Below, one piece after another: positions 40,284-51,140 of a stretch of 64,000 nucleotides of DNA; position 1 is the first letter of the stretch, and each line of letters starts with the position of its first letter. Where the stretch lies: assembly GCA_016870835.1 (NCBI GenBank), contig VGAG01000002.1:4051-68050 (forward strand), read 5' to 3'. The DNA is from Actinomycetota bacterium (GTDB lineage Bacteria > Actinomycetota > Actinomycetes > Nanopelagicales > Nanopelagicaceae). The translations under genes were made by a program, and so were the position numbers. A model generated the notes under the pieces. The model ran no database searches. It worked only from the letters and a program-made list of their open reading frames with translations, and was not told the origin of the DNA.

Positions 40284-41001
40284 GATAAAGGACCTCCGGG
40301 TTGCCTACGGAAAGATAGAGGCGCTAAAAGGAATTTCAATCAAGGTATATCAGGGTGAGATAGTTTCACTGATTGGCGCAAATGGAGCCGGAAAGACAAC
40401 ATTACTCAAGACAATTTCTGGTCTGTTAAATCCAACTTCTGGCTCTATTGAATATGATGGAAGAAGTATCTTCGGGTCGAAGGCACACCAGCGAGTTCAT
40501 CTTGGTATTTCTCAAGCTCCTGAAGGTCGCGGAATCTTTCCGGGTCTAACGGTTCTTGAGAATTTGGAACTAGGTACGTATCACTTGAAATCAAAGAAGA
40601 GTGAGATGCAAGAGGACCTTTCCATGGTTTACGAATTGTTCCCGCGGCTGAAGGAACGTACAACACAGGCAGGAGGAACGCTCTCAGGTGGCGAGCAGCA
40701 GATGCTCGCCATTGGTCGCGCACTCATGGCGAAACCAAAAGTGCTGCTTCTTGATGAACCTTCAATGGGTCTTGCTCCACAGATGATTGCAAATATTTTT
40801 AGAATTATTACTCAAATTAACAAGTTAGGCGTAACAATTCTTCTGGTTGAGCAAAATGCTCAACAAGCGCTTTCTCGTTCCGATCGGGCATACGTTCTAG
40901 AAACTGGTTCAATTACCAAAGAGGCTAAAGGTAAAGATCTACTAAATGACCCACATGTAAAGTCAGCCTATCTGGGTACCGGCGCGCACGAGCTTGACTA
41001 A
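40273..41001 (+). CDS. livF: Branched-chain amino acid ABC transporter ATP-binding protein (LivF type)
   Basis: Walker A GANGAGKTT, signature LSGGEQQML and Walker B LLLDEPS. Confidence 0.9.
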   Translation: MRLEIKDLRVAYGKIEALKGISIKVYQGEIVSLIGANGAGKTTLLKTISGLLNPTSGSIEYDGRSIFGSKAHQRVHLGISQAPEGRGIFPGLTVLENLELGTYHLKSKKSEMQEDLSMVYELFPRLKERTTQAGGTLSGGEQQMLAIGRALMAKPKVLLLDEPSMGLAPQMIANIFRIITQINKLGVTILLVEQNAQQALSRSDRAYVLETGSITKEAKGKDLLNDPHVKSAYLGTGAHELD

Positions 41002-41406
41002 TTAACGCTCGGCAAGAATCAAACAAGTAATTCTCGCGGTACAGGTCCGTTCACTTTTTTCATTAGTTATCTCAACATTGTAAGAACAGAGAGTCTTACC
41101 AAGTGTTATCGCAGTTGCGACTGCTGTCACGATTCCTGAGGTTGCGGATTTGTGGTGAGTTGCATTTATGTCCACTCCAACAATTCGACGGGTTGGACCG
41201 GCATGAAGTTGGGTGCCTATAGATCCGAGGCTCTCGGCCAAAACAGCATTGGCGCCGCCGTGAAGAAGACCTAGCGGTTGGGTGTTTCCTTCAACCGGCA
41301 TAGTTCCAACAAGTCGCTCGGGGGTCGCTTCAATAATCTCAATTCCCATTTTTTTATCGAGCGAACCTCGACCGCGCTCGCGCAGAACCTCCATAAAATC
41401 TTTCAT
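41002..41406 (-). CDS. PaaI/YbdB-type hotdog-fold thioesterase
   Basis: 134 aa. The motif GLLHGGANAVLAESLGS is typical of the PaaI thioesterase family. Its stop abuts the livF stop with 0 nt between them. Confidence 0.75.
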   Translation of the reverse strand: MKDFMEVLRERGRGSLDKKMGIEIIEATPERLVGTMPVEGNTQPLGLLHGGANAVLAESLGSIGTQLHAGPTRRIVGVDINATHHKSATSGIVTAVATAITLGKTLCSYNVEITNEKSERTCTARITCLILAER

Positions 41407-41445
41407 GGCGAGGATTCTACGAGGCTATCCCTAGGATTGTCGTTG

Positions 41446-44010
41446 ATGAAGCCGCGGATTCTTCTTATTGATGGACATTCACTTGCCTATCGAGCCTTTT
41501 ATGCCCTGCCATTAGAGAATTTCACAACCTCAAGTGGGCAACATACAAATGCCATCTACGGTTTTGCTTCGATGCTCCTTAACTTGATTCGAGATGAGAA
41601 ACCTACTCATATTGCAGCTGCATTTGATGTCTCACGAAATACCTTTAGAACCGAAGCTTTCCCTGAATACAAAGCCAATCGCGCAAAGACCCCAGATGAA
41701 TTTCGCTCGCAACTCTCTTACATTTCTGAGCTCGTAACAGCATTCAACATCAAAAGTTTTGAAAGCGAAGGGTTTGAGGCCGATGATGTAATCGCAACGA
41801 TTGTTGCTAGGGGAGATGGTGATACAGAATTTCTAATTTGTACTGGGGATAGAGATTCTTTCCAGCTAGTAAATGAAAAAGTTACTGTTCTTTATCCACG
41901 AAAAGGAGTCACAGATTTAGCCCGGATGACTCCTGAGGCAGTTTCTGAGAAATATGGATTAACCCCCAAGCAGTATCCCGATTTTGCTGCGCTGCGTGGG
42001 GATCCGAGCGATAACTTGCCCTCAATCCCCGGCGTCGGAGAGAAGACTGCCGCGAAGTGGATCCATGAATACGGCTCGCTAAAAGGATTGATCGCGCTGG
42101 TTGATGAAGTTCCCGGCAAAGCCGGTGATTCACTTCGAAGCTCGCTTGATAGCGTAATTAAGAATCGAGAGTTGACCCAACTTCGAGCCGATGTTCCCAT
42201 CACATTCGATATCCCAGATTTGCAATGGAGTGGAATAGATGGCGCGAAGGCAAATGCTCTCTTCGAGAAGCTTGAGATTAAGGCGCTTCGTGATCGGGCC
42301 GCAGCCCTTCGTGGCGGCGAGGATCAATCCGCAACTTCAAAAACACCTTCAAAGATTCGCAAGATCAAGATTGAGAGCCTTTCGCATAAAGAGTTTCTCG
42401 CTGCGCTAAATGAGACTAATTCTCCAATCGCAGTTCTTGCTTGTGGCGAGAAAATTGCAGTTGCGCTGAGTAAGAACCGAGTAATCCAAACTTTAAGCGA
42501 AGGCTTGAAGATTCCAAAGGTCTCTCAACTGATCGCTCATAGGAGCAAAGAGTTAATTAGAAGCGGGGTATTGAGCTTCTGCGACTTTGATATCGAACTT
42601 GCTGCTTACTTGGTAAATCCCGGAACTAGAGACCTTGAGGTCGATGAGCTACTAGTTCGTTATTTGGATATTTCTCTTCCGCCAAAGGAGGAGAGTCTCT
42701 TTGGCACTGATGCGAGCCCTGAGGCCGCTGCTTATTTACTAGATCTACATGAAGTCTTGGTGGGCGAGCTAAGAACCCGGGAAGTTGAAGGGCTCTTCTC
42801 CTCCCTTGAAATGCCCAGCCTGCACTTGTTAGCCGAAATGGAGCGCACAGGTATTGGTGTGGATGAAAGGGAACTAACTTCCCTCAGAGATTTTTTTGCA
42901 AGTGAAGAATTTGAAGCAACAACCGCAGCTCATAAAGCCGCTGGGAAAGAGTTCAATGTATCTTCTCCCAAGCAGTTACAGGTAGTTCTCTTTGAAGATC
43001 TGGGATTGCCGAAGACAAAACGAATCAAAACTGGATTTAGTACAGATGCCGAGTCCCTTGAGTGGCTATTTGCTAAGACAAGTCACCCTGTGCTTAATAA
43101 TCTACTTCGCATTAGAGAAGTGGGGAAGTTGCGCACGACTGTGGAAGGCTTAATCAGCGCAATTGCAAGTGATGGTCGAATCCATACAACTTTTCAGCAA
43201 ACTGTCGCAGCCACAGGGCGCCTTTCTTCGACAGATCCAAATCTGCAAAATATTCCAATCAGAAGTGATGAGGGAAGAAGGATTAGAAACTCATTTGTGG
43301 CCAAGGCTCCTTATGTCAATCTGATGACTGCAGATTACAGCCAGATTGAAATGCGGATCATGGCTCACCTTTCAGAAGATAAAGGGCTCCTTAAAGCATT
43401 TCATGAAGGGGAAGACCTGCATTCCACTGTAGCTTCACAAGTATTTGGAATTGCAATCAAAGATGTAGATGCCGAAATGCGGCGCCAAATTAAGGCGATG
43501 TCATACGGGCTTGCTTACGGCCTCTCCTCATTTGGGCTGGCTCAGCAATTAGATATCTCACCGACTGAAGCAAGTGCTTTGATGGGTAAGTACTTTGAGA
43601 GATTTGGTGGAATTCAGGATTACCTGAAAGCAGTAGTACGTACAGCAAGAGAGCGCGGCTATACCGAAACAATCCTAGGACGGCGTAGATATTTACCTGA
43701 ATTGAACCATGAGAATCGTCAGCGCCGAGAAGTTGCAGAGCGCGCTGCTCTAAATGCTCCGATTCAAGGCTCAGCTGCCGACATCATTAAAGTTGCGATG
43801 TTAAACGTAGCTAAATCTCTCTCAGCCGAGCGGCTTAAATCTCGCTTACTGCTACAGGTCCATGATGAATTGATCTTCGAAGTCTTTCCGGGGGAGTCAG
43901 AAACCCTTGAAAAACTAGTGCGCCGGGAGATGGGTGGGGCGTATCCACTCAAAGCCCCGCTTGATGTCAATGTAGGTTTTGGAAAGAGCTGGGATCTCGC
44001 AGCCCACTAA
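41446..44010 (+). CDS. polA: DNA polymerase I
   Basis: I chose the ATG at 41446 (MKPRILLIDGHSLAYRAFYA, the canonical 5'-nuclease N-terminus). The track ORF from 41278 would run antisense through the thioesterase gene. Polymerase motifs DYSQIEMRIMAH and QVHDEL. Confidence 0.95.
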   Translation: MKPRILLIDGHSLAYRAFYALPLENFTTSSGQHTNAIYGFASMLLNLIRDEKPTHIAAAFDVSRNTFRTEAFPEYKANRAKTPDEFRSQLSYISELVTAFNIKSFESEGFEADDVIATIVARGDGDTEFLICTGDRDSFQLVNEKVTVLYPRKGVTDLARMTPEAVSEKYGLTPKQYPDFAALRGDPSDNLPSIPGVGEKTAAKWIHEYGSLKGLIALVDEVPGKAGDSLRSSLDSVIKNRELTQLRADVPITFDIPDLQWSGIDGAKANALFEKLEIKALRDRAAALRGGEDQSATSKTPSKIRKIKIESLSHKEFLAALNETNSPIAVLACGEKIAVALSKNRVIQTLSEGLKIPKVSQLIAHRSKELIRSGVLSFCDFDIELAAYLVNPGTRDLEVDELLVRYLDISLPPKEESLFGTDASPEAAAYLLDLHEVLVGELRTREVEGLFSSLEMPSLHLLAEMERTGIGVDERELTSLRDFFASEEFEATTAAHKAAGKEFNVSSPKQLQVVLFEDLGLPKTKRIKTGFSTDAESLEWLFAKTSHPVLNNLLRIREVGKLRTTVEGLISAIASDGRIHTTFQQTVAATGRLSSTDPNLQNIPIRSDEGRRIRNSFVAKAPYVNLMTADYSQIEMRIMAHLSEDKGLLKAFHEGEDLHSTVASQVFGIAIKDVDAEMRRQIKAMSYGLAYGLSSFGLAQQLDISPTEASALMGKYFERFGGIQDYLKAVVRTARERGYTETILGRRRYLPELNHENRQRREVAERAALNAPIQGSAADIIKVAMLNVAKSLSAERLKSRLLLQVHDELIFEVFPGESETLEKLVRREMGGAYPLKAPLDVNVGFGKSWDLAAH

Positions 44011-44162
44011 AGGCTCAAATTGACCCTTACTCATAAGGGAAAGTAGCCTTGCGCTCCTCGCTTAGGGATCTTGCATCGCCTTGGACCTAGAAGGAAATGC
44101 CCAATTCACATTGGAGTCAGACTTTAAGCGTGCCCTACTAGAAAATTTCTCCACGGAGTACC

Positions 44163-45527
44163 TTGTCAACTCAAATAGCACTTAACGATGTTGGAACAGC
44201 AGCAGATTTTCTTGCAGCAATCGAAGGCACAATAAAGAATTTCAATGATGGTGATTTAGTCTCAGGAATAGTCGTCCAAGTAGATCGCGACGAAGTCCTT
44301 TTAGATATTGGATACAAGACCGAAGGAGTTATTCCTTCGCGCGAACTTTCGATTCGCCATGACTTAGATCCAAGCGAACTTGTAAAAGTTGGCGAGCGGA
44401 TTGAAGCGCTCGTTCTACAGAAAGAAGATAAAGAAGGACGATTAATCCTCTCTAAGAAGCGCGCCCAATACGAAAAAGCATGGGGCGAAATTGAAGGCAA
44501 GAAAGAGCGCGATGAAGTTGTCGTTGGAACTGTTATCGAGGTCGTCAAAGGCGGCTTGATTGTCGATATCGGATTACGAGGCTTCCTTCCAGCATCACTT
44601 GTTGAGATGCGTCGAGTACGCGATCTATCGCCTTACATCGGCAAGCAAGTCGAAGCAAGAATTATTGAATTAGATAAGAATCGCAACAATGTTGTACTTT
44701 CGCGTCGTGCATATCTCGAGCAGTCACAATCCGAGTCACGTACTTCATTCCTAAATCAACTTCAAAAAGGTCAGGTTCGCTCTGGCGTTGTATCTTCGAT
44801 TGTTAACTTCGGTGCCTTCGTAGATCTCGGCGGCGTTGATGGTCTTGTCCACGTTTCCGAACTATCTTGGAAACACATCGACCACCCTGGAGAAGTAGTT
44901 GAAGTCGGAAATGAGGTAACTGTCGAAGTTCTTGAAGTGGACTTTGAACGTGAACGCGTCTCACTCTCACTAAAGGCAACTCAAGAAGATCCATGGCAAG
45001 CATTTGCTAGAACTCACACAATCAATCAGGTTGTTCCTGGAGAAGTAACCAAGCTAGTCCCGTTCGGTGCTTTCATCAGAGTGTTCGATGGCATCGAAGG
45101 TCTAGTGCACATCTCCGAGTTGGCAGAGCGCCATGTAGAGATTCCTGAACAGGTAGTTCAAGTTGGCGATCAACTATTTGTGAAGATTATTGATATCGAT
45201 CTAGAGCGTCGCCGTATCTCGCTCTCCCTAAAGCAGGCTAACGAAGGACATGACGTCCCAGTCGAAGCCTTTGACCCAACTCAATATGGAATGCCTGCTC
45301 GTTACGATGAGAGTGGAAACTTCATTTATCCAGAAGGTTTCGACCCACAGACACAAGAGTGGAAACCTGGATATGAGTCTCAGAAAGAAGAGTGGGAACG
45401 TCAATACGCAGAGGCGCAAGCTCGCTTCCTTGCTCATAAGAAGCAGAAAACTGAAGCTCAAGCTGCCGATGCTGCCGCAGCTGCAGTTGAACCTGCAGAA
45501 GATGGCGCAAGCACACAAGCAGAGTAG
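44163..45527 (+). CDS. rpsA: 30S ribosomal protein S1
   Basis: TTG start with GGAG 6 nt upstream. Four S1 repeats (GDLVSG.V, G.VIEV, G.VSSI, GEVTKL) and an acidic/Ala-rich tail. Confidence 0.95.
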   Translation: MSTQIALNDVGTAADFLAAIEGTIKNFNDGDLVSGIVVQVDRDEVLLDIGYKTEGVIPSRELSIRHDLDPSELVKVGERIEALVLQKEDKEGRLILSKKRAQYEKAWGEIEGKKERDEVVVGTVIEVVKGGLIVDIGLRGFLPASLVEMRRVRDLSPYIGKQVEARIIELDKNRNNVVLSRRAYLEQSQSESRTSFLNQLQKGQVRSGVVSSIVNFGAFVDLGGVDGLVHVSELSWKHIDHPGEVVEVGNEVTVEVLEVDFERERVSLSLKATQEDPWQAFARTHTINQVVPGEVTKLVPFGAFIRVFDGIEGLVHISELAERHVEIPEQVVQVGDQLFVKIIDIDLERRRISLSLKQANEGHDVPVEAFDPTQYGMPARYDESGNFIYPEGFDPQTQEWKPGYESQKEEWERQYAEAQARFLAHKKQKTEAQAADAAAAAVEPAEDGASTQAE

Positions 45528-45539
45528 TTGTAAATGAGA

Positions 45540-45578
45540 ACTGGGTCAGATTTATTCTGGCCCAGTTTTTCTATTTTC
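45540..45578 (+). terminator. Rho-independent terminator downstream of rpsA
   Basis: 11-bp stem ACTGGGTCAGA/TCTGGCCCAGT (one G-U pair) with loop TTTAT, followed by TTTTTCTATTTT. Confidence 0.8.
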
Positions 45579-45612
45579 AAGAACGCATTTATAGAACTTT
45601 GGAGATGAGAAG

Positions 45613-46209
45613 ATGCTCTCAATTGCTCTAACCGGCGGTATCGGTTCGGGTAAGTCATTAGCCGCAGAATTTTTTGAAGGGCTAGGCGCCGTGGTAATTG
45701 ACTCTGATCAACTTGCGCGCGATGCAATTGAGCGAGGTTCCCCAGGTTTTGATGAAGTTGTAGCAAGGTTTGGCGATTCAATTCTCTCTGGCGGGGAAAT
45801 CGACCGTTCAAAGTTGGCCGAGATTGTTTTCCGAGATGAAGTAGCTCGCAAAGACCTAGAGGCGATCATTCATCCGCGAGTCAGAGAGATTGCTACTCGC
45901 ATTGCGGCACGCACTCCGCAAGATGGTGTTGTAATAAATCAGATTCCGCTTCTATTTGAGACAAATGGGCAAGGTCGGTTTGATCTTGTCATTACAGTTT
46001 CCGCCTCACTTGAGAAGCGCAGAGCGCGCTTAGCTGAGCGCGGCCTCAAGAGCTATGAGATTGAACGAAGAATCGCTGCCCAGGCAAGTGATGAGCAACG
46101 CGCCTCTATCGCAGATATCGTGATTGAAAACAATGGCAGCATCGAGGAGCTCGAGCGAAAGGTTTTAGAAGTCTGGGAGCGCGAAATCCTTCCGCGAAGT
46201 AGTCGATGA
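45613..46209 (+). CDS. coaE: Dephospho-CoA kinase
   Basis: P-loop GGIGSGKS in a 198-aa protein, in the conserved position after rpsA. Confidence 0.9.
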   Translation: MLSIALTGGIGSGKSLAAEFFEGLGAVVIDSDQLARDAIERGSPGFDEVVARFGDSILSGGEIDRSKLAEIVFRDEVARKDLEAIIHPRVREIATRIAARTPQDGVVINQIPLLFETNGQGRFDLVITVSASLEKRRARLAERGLKSYEIERRIAAQASDEQRASIADIVIENNGSIEELERKVLEVWEREILPRSSR

Positions 46210-48290
46210 CTCGAGCTGTAACTACAACGCCCCGAGCGGATCGTCCGTTTCAAGTAATAAGTGAGTTCAAACCAGCCGGTGATCAGCCAAGTGCAATTGC
46301 AAATCTAACCGACCGAGTCAATCGGGGGGAGAGCGATGTAGTTCTACTTGGAGCAACCGGAACGGGTAAATCTGCAACTGTTGCCTGGTTGATTGAACAA
46401 GTCCAACGGCCAACTCTCGTTTTGGCGCCCAATAAGACGCTTGCTGCACAGTTGGCAAATGAATTTCGTGAACTTTTGCCCAACAACGCTGTTGAATATT
46501 TCGTCTCTTATTACGACTATTACCAACCTGAGGCCTACGTTCCCCAGACGGATACTTTTATAGAGAAAGACGCCTCAATTAATTCAGAAGTTGAACGACT
46601 TCGGTACTCAGCTACTTATTCACTTCTCACAAGACGCGATGTAGTCGTTGTAGCAACAGTCTCATGCATTTATGGCTTGGGAACGCCACAGGAATACATC
46701 GATCGCATGGTGCGGATAAATGTGGGCGATTCAATCGAGCGAAACTCTCTACTACGCAAGTTTGTGGATATTCAATATAAGCGCAATGACATGGCCTTTG
46801 AGCGCGGTACATTTCGAGTTCGAGGCGATACCGTTGAAATCATCCCGGTCTATGAAGAGCTTGCAATTCGAATCGAAATGTTTGGCGATGAAATCGAAAG
46901 ACTTACAACCTTAAATCCGCTTACCGGTGAGATTGTTAGTGATGTGAAAGAGGTTTTCATCTTTCCTGCTACTCACTATTCAGCAAGCCCCACCACGATG
47001 AAACGCGCAATGACAGATATCGAGGCTGAACTTGCAATTAGATTAAAGGAGTTAGAGCGCTCTAATAAGTTACTTGAGGCCCAGCGCCTTCGGATGCGCA
47101 CCCAATTTGATCTTGAAATGATCGCTCAACTCGGATTCTGCTCCGGAATCGAGAACTATTCCCGTCATATTGATGGTCGTGCTCCCGGATCTGCGCCGAA
47201 TTGCTTACTTGATTATTTCCCAGAAGATTTCTTATGTGTCATTGATGAATCCCACATTACGGTGCCACAAATAGGCGCGATGTATGAGGGAGATGCTTCG
47301 CGAAAGCGAACCTTGGTAGAACATGGATTTAGGTTGCCCAGCGCAATGGATAACCGGCCCCTTACCTTCAATGAATTTTTAGACCGTACCCCTCAAAAAG
47401 TTTATCTCTCTGCTACTCCTGGGCCATATGAACTAGAGAAAGCTGGCGGAGTCTTTGTCGAACAAGTTATTCGCCCTACGGGGTTAATTGATCCCAAAAT
47501 CATCTTAAAGCCCACAAAGAATCAGATTGATGATCTTATGGTCGAAATCAATGCTCGGGCCGAGCGAAATGAGAGAGTGCTTGTTACAACTCTGACTAAG
47601 AAGATGGCCGAGGACTTAACCGATTATTTTTCAAGCGCCGGAATTCGAGTGAGATATCTCCACTCCGAGGTTGATACCTTACGCCGAGTCGAATTACTTC
47701 GGGAACTGCGCCTTGGTGAATATGACGTTCTGGTTGGAATAAATCTATTGCGCGAAGGCCTCGATCTGCCTGAAGTTTCCCTAGTCTCAATCCTCGATGC
47801 AGATAAAGAAGGGTTTTTGAGGTCAACAAGATCTCTCATCCAAACTATTGGTCGCGCTGCACGAAATGTCTCGGGTGAAGTTCATATGTATGCCGATAAC
47901 TTAACTGACTCGATGCGAAATGCGATTGATGAAACTAATCGTCGCCGGGCAAAGCAAGTCGCTTACAACGAGGCCATGGGTATTGACCCGCAACCACTCC
48001 GTAAGAAAATTGCTGATATCACTGACCTGATTGAGAAGGAGAGTCAAGATACAGATAGCCTGCTAGGTAGCGGAAGGAGAAAAGGTATCTCTGAAACTCC
48101 AGTTGGCGTCCATACCAAGTCACTCGTAGCCTTACCCCGCGCTGAGTTGCTCGGCTTGATTGAATCCTTGACCGAACAGATGAGAAGCGCAGCTGCTGAA
48201 CTTCAATTTGAGTTGGCAGCTAGATTGCGCGATGAAATCAAAGAGTTAAAACGAGAGTTAAGAAGTATGGATGAAGGTGGGATCAAGTGA
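46206..48290 (+). CDS. uvrB: Excinuclease ABC subunit B
   Basis: Motifs [12 protein letters not shown] and a helicase C domain. The C-terminal UVR domain reads [21 protein letters not shown] overlap with coaE. Confidence 0.97.
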   Translation: MTRAVTTTPRADRPFQVISEFKPAGDQPSAIANLTDRVNRGESDVVLLGATGTGKSATVAWLIEQVQRPTLVLAPNKTLAAQLANEFRELLPNNAVEYFVSYYDYYQPEAYVPQTDTFIEKDASINSEVERLRYSATYSLLTRRDVVVVATVSCIYGLGTPQEYIDRMVRINVGDSIERNSLLRKFVDIQYKRNDMAFERGTFRVRGDTVEIIPVYEELAIRIEMFGDEIERLTTLNPLTGEIVSDVKEVFIFPATHYSASPTTMKRAMTDIEAELAIRLKELERSNKLLEAQRLRMRTQFDLEMIAQLGFCSGIENYSRHIDGRAPGSAPNCLLDYFPEDFLCVIDESHITVPQIGAMYEGDASRKRTLVEHGFRLPSAMDNRPLTFNEFLDRTPQKVYLSATPGPYELEKAGGVFVEQVIRPTGLIDPKIILKPTKNQIDDLMVEINARAERNERVLVTTLTKKMAEDLTDYFSSAGIRVRYLHSEVDTLRRVELLRELRLGEYDVLVGINLLREGLDLPEVSLVSILDADKEGFLRSTRSLIQTIGRAARNVSGEVHMYADNLTDSMRNAIDETNRRRAKQVAYNEAMGIDPQPLRKKIADITDLIEKESQDTDSLLGSGRRKGISETPVGVHTKSLVALPRAELLGLIESLTEQMRSAAAELQFELAARLRDEIKELKRELRSMDEGGIK

Positions 48291-51133
48291 GCGCTGAGCG
48301 GTTAGTCGTCCGTGGTGCGCGCGAACATAATCTCAAAAACGTTTCGTTAGATCTACCCAGAAACTCTCTTATCGTCTTTACAGGTCTATCTGGTTCGGGA
48401 AAATCTTCACTTGCTTTCGACACAATTTTTGCGGAGGGACAGAGGCGTTATGTTGAATCGCTCTCGGCCTACGCCCGCCAATTCCTTGGCCAGATGGATA
48501 AACCTGATGTTGATTTCATAGAGGGGCTCTCGCCGGCCGTCTCGATTGATCAGAAATCAACAAATCGAAATCCACGGTCAACGGTAGGAACGATCACTGA
48601 GGTCTATGACTACCTGAGATTGTTATTTGCTCGAGCTGGAAAACCTCATTGCCCAAAGTGCGGGAAACCAATTGCCAAACAGACCCCACAGAACATTGTC
48701 GATCAGATTCTTGCGCTAGCGCCCGAAACTAGATTCCAAGTCCTTGCGCCGATGATTCGTGCACGAAAGGGTGAGTTTGCTGATCTCTTTAAAGACTTGC
48801 TCGCTCAAGGTTATTCAAGGGCGCGCGTAGATGGTGTCACTATCCAATTGAGCGAACCTCCAAAGTTAAAGAAACAAGAGAAGCACACCATCGAAGTTGT
48901 GATTGATCGCTTAACTGCCAAAGCAGATTCAAAGCAACGGTTAACTGATTCGATAGAGACTGCTCTTCGCCTTGCGAATGGTTTAGTGACTCTTGAGTTT
49001 GTAGATGTGAAAGAGAAGAGCGAGCGCGAGCGCACCTATAGCGAACTATTGGCCTGCCATGATTGTGGACTCTCATTCCAAGAGATGGAGCCACGATCTT
49101 TCTCCTTCAACTCTCCCTTCGGTGCTTGCCCCGAGTGCACAGGTATCGGATCAAAGCTTGAGGTTGATGAGGAGTTAGTCATCCCAGATGACTCAATTTC
49201 GATAAATGAAGGAGCGATTGCTCCATGGGCGGGTGGCCAGAGCGCCGAGTATTTCAATAACTTACTTGATGCACTTGCAAAAGATGTGAAGTTTTCAATG
49301 GATACACCGTGGAAGCGCCTCTCCGAAAAAGCCAAAACTGCAATTCTCGAAGGCTATGAATATGAAGTGCATGTTAAGTACAAGAATCGATATGGCCGAG
49401 TTCGTAGTTATTCAACCGGATTCGAAGGCGTAATCCCGTTTATCGAGCGGCGCCATGGCGAAACTGAAAGTGATTATAGCCGTGAGAAATATGAAGCGTA
49501 TATGCGCGAGACTCCCTGTGCGGTATGTAATGGGTCAAGGCTGAAACCCGAAGTACTTGCAGTCACTGTCGGCGGAAAGAACATTGCAGAGATCTGTGAA
49601 CTTTCAATTGATGAGTGCGCCAAGTTCCTCAAGGAAATCAAGTTAGCTTCGCGCGAGGCAAAGATTGCAGAACGAGTGATGAAGGAAGTAAATGCGCGCC
49701 TTGGATTCCTGCTTGATGTAGGTCTTGAATATCTAACCCTGGCACGGGCAGCGGCCTCGCTCTCGGGAGGTGAGGCGCAACGAATTCGCCTTGCTACCCA
49801 GATTGGTTCTGGGTTGGTCGGAGTTCTATATGTATTAGATGAACCTAGTATCGGCCTTCACCAGAGAGACAATCGCAGATTAATTGAGACGCTAACTCAT
49901 CTGCGCGATCTTGGAAATACTCTAATTGTGGTTGAACATGATGAGGAGACAATTAGAACTGCGGATTGGATTGTTGATATCGGCCCAGGCGCCGGTGAAC
50001 ATGGTGGCGAAATTGTGGTTTCGGGAGATTTTGAAAGCCTCACCTCCTCAAAGAAGTCGATAACCGGGGCCTACATTTCGGGGCGTTCGACCATCTCGGT
50101 TCCTAGAAAGCGCCGTCCAGTTAACTCTAAGAAATCGCTAGTTGTTAAAGAGGCTAAGGAAAATAACCTTAAGTCGATTGATGTGACATTCCCGTTAGGG
50201 CTATTTATCTCAGTCACTGGCGTTAGCGGTTCTGGAAAGTCAACTTTGGTTAATGACATTCTCTACTCAGTTCTTGCTAACAAGTTAAATGGCGCTCGAA
50301 TCGTCCCAGGAAGACATCGCACCGTAACTGGCGTTGAGAATCTAGACAAGGTTGTCCATGTAGACCAATCGCCAATCGGGCGAACTCCACGATCCAATCC
50401 GGCGACATATACCGGAGTCTTTGACAAGATTCGCGCGCTCTTTGCCGAAACAAGTGAGGCAAAAGTTCGAGGCTATCAACAGGGGCGTTTTTCATTTAAT
50501 GTCAAAGGTGGAAGGTGTGAGAACTGTGCTGGAGATGGCACGATCACAATTGAGATGAACTTCTTACCTGATGTTTATGTTCCCTGCGAGGTCTGTCATG
50601 GCGCAAGATATAACCGTGAAACGCTCGAAGTACATTACAAAGGCAAGACCATAGCTGAAGTCCTCGATATGCCGATTGAAAAGGCAACCGATTTCTTTGA
50701 ATCAATTCCAGCTATTCATCGTTATTTGAAAACTTTAGGCGATGTCGGACTTGGTTATGTTCGGTTGGGGCAATCTGCTCCCACCCTCTCCGGCGGTGAA
50801 GCGCAACGGGTGAAATTAGCTACTGAATTACAGCGGCGCTCAACCGGTAGAACAATCTATGTACTTGATGAACCAACAACCGGACTTCACTTTGAAGATG
50901 TTCGAAAGCTACTAGGTGTCTTACAACGCCTAGTTGACACCGGAAACACAGTCGTAGTGATTGAGCACAATCTTGATGTAATTAAGTCTGCAGATTGGGT
51001 CATTGATTTAGGACCTGAAGGCGGATCTGGCGGCGGAACAGTAGTGGCGGTAGGAACCCCTGAAGAGGTAGCAAAGAATAAAGTTAGCTACACCGGAAAG
51101 TTTCTAGCTGAGACGCTAAAGCGAACAAAGTAA
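48287..51133 (+). CDS. uvrA: Excinuclease ABC subunit A
   Basis: GTGA overlap with uvrB. Two ABC modules ([14 protein letters not shown] and [10 protein letters not shown]; LSGGEAQR twice) and zinc-finger Cys clusters. Confidence 0.97.
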   Translation: MSAERLVVRGAREHNLKNVSLDLPRNSLIVFTGLSGSGKSSLAFDTIFAEGQRRYVESLSAYARQFLGQMDKPDVDFIEGLSPAVSIDQKSTNRNPRSTVGTITEVYDYLRLLFARAGKPHCPKCGKPIAKQTPQNIVDQILALAPETRFQVLAPMIRARKGEFADLFKDLLAQGYSRARVDGVTIQLSEPPKLKKQEKHTIEVVIDRLTAKADSKQRLTDSIETALRLANGLVTLEFVDVKEKSERERTYSELLACHDCGLSFQEMEPRSFSFNSPFGACPECTGIGSKLEVDEELVIPDDSISINEGAIAPWAGGQSAEYFNNLLDALAKDVKFSMDTPWKRLSEKAKTAILEGYEYEVHVKYKNRYGRVRSYSTGFEGVIPFIERRHGETESDYSREKYEAYMRETPCAVCNGSRLKPEVLAVTVGGKNIAEICELSIDECAKFLKEIKLASREAKIAERVMKEVNARLGFLLDVGLEYLTLARAAASLSGGEAQRIRLATQIGSGLVGVLYVLDEPSIGLHQRDNRRLIETLTHLRDLGNTLIVVEHDEETIRTADWIVDIGPGAGEHGGEIVVSGDFESLTSSKKSITGAYISGRSTISVPRKRRPVNSKKSLVVKEAKENNLKSIDVTFPLGLFISVTGVSGSGKSTLVNDILYSVLANKLNGARIVPGRHRTVTGVENLDKVVHVDQSPIGRTPRSNPATYTGVFDKIRALFAETSEAKVRGYQQGRFSFNVKGGRCENCAGDGTITIEMNFLPDVYVPCEVCHGARYNRETLEVHYKGKTIAEVLDMPIEKATDFFESIPAIHRYLKTLGDVGLGYVRLGQSAPTLSGGEAQRVKLATELQRRSTGRTIYVLDEPTTGLHFEDVRKLLGVLQRLVDTGNTVVVIEHNLDVIKSADWVIDLGPEGGSGGGTVVAVGTPEEVAKNKVSYTGKFLAETLKRTK

Positions 51134-51140
51134 CCCCGTT

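Noticed and set aside
41278-41445. The track ORF extends polA by 56 N-terminal codons (MGVSFNRHSS...).
   Set aside because: The extension runs antisense through the thioesterase coding region and has no similarity to Pol I. The canonical 5'-nuclease N-terminus MKPRILLIDGHSLAYRAFY begins at the ATG at 41446.
45458-45811. A 117-aa minus-strand ORF spanning the rpsA-coaE spacer.
   Set aside because: It runs through the rpsA terminator hairpin and antisense to both flanking genes. Its composition is low complexity and Gln/Leu/Arg-rich, and it has no motif.
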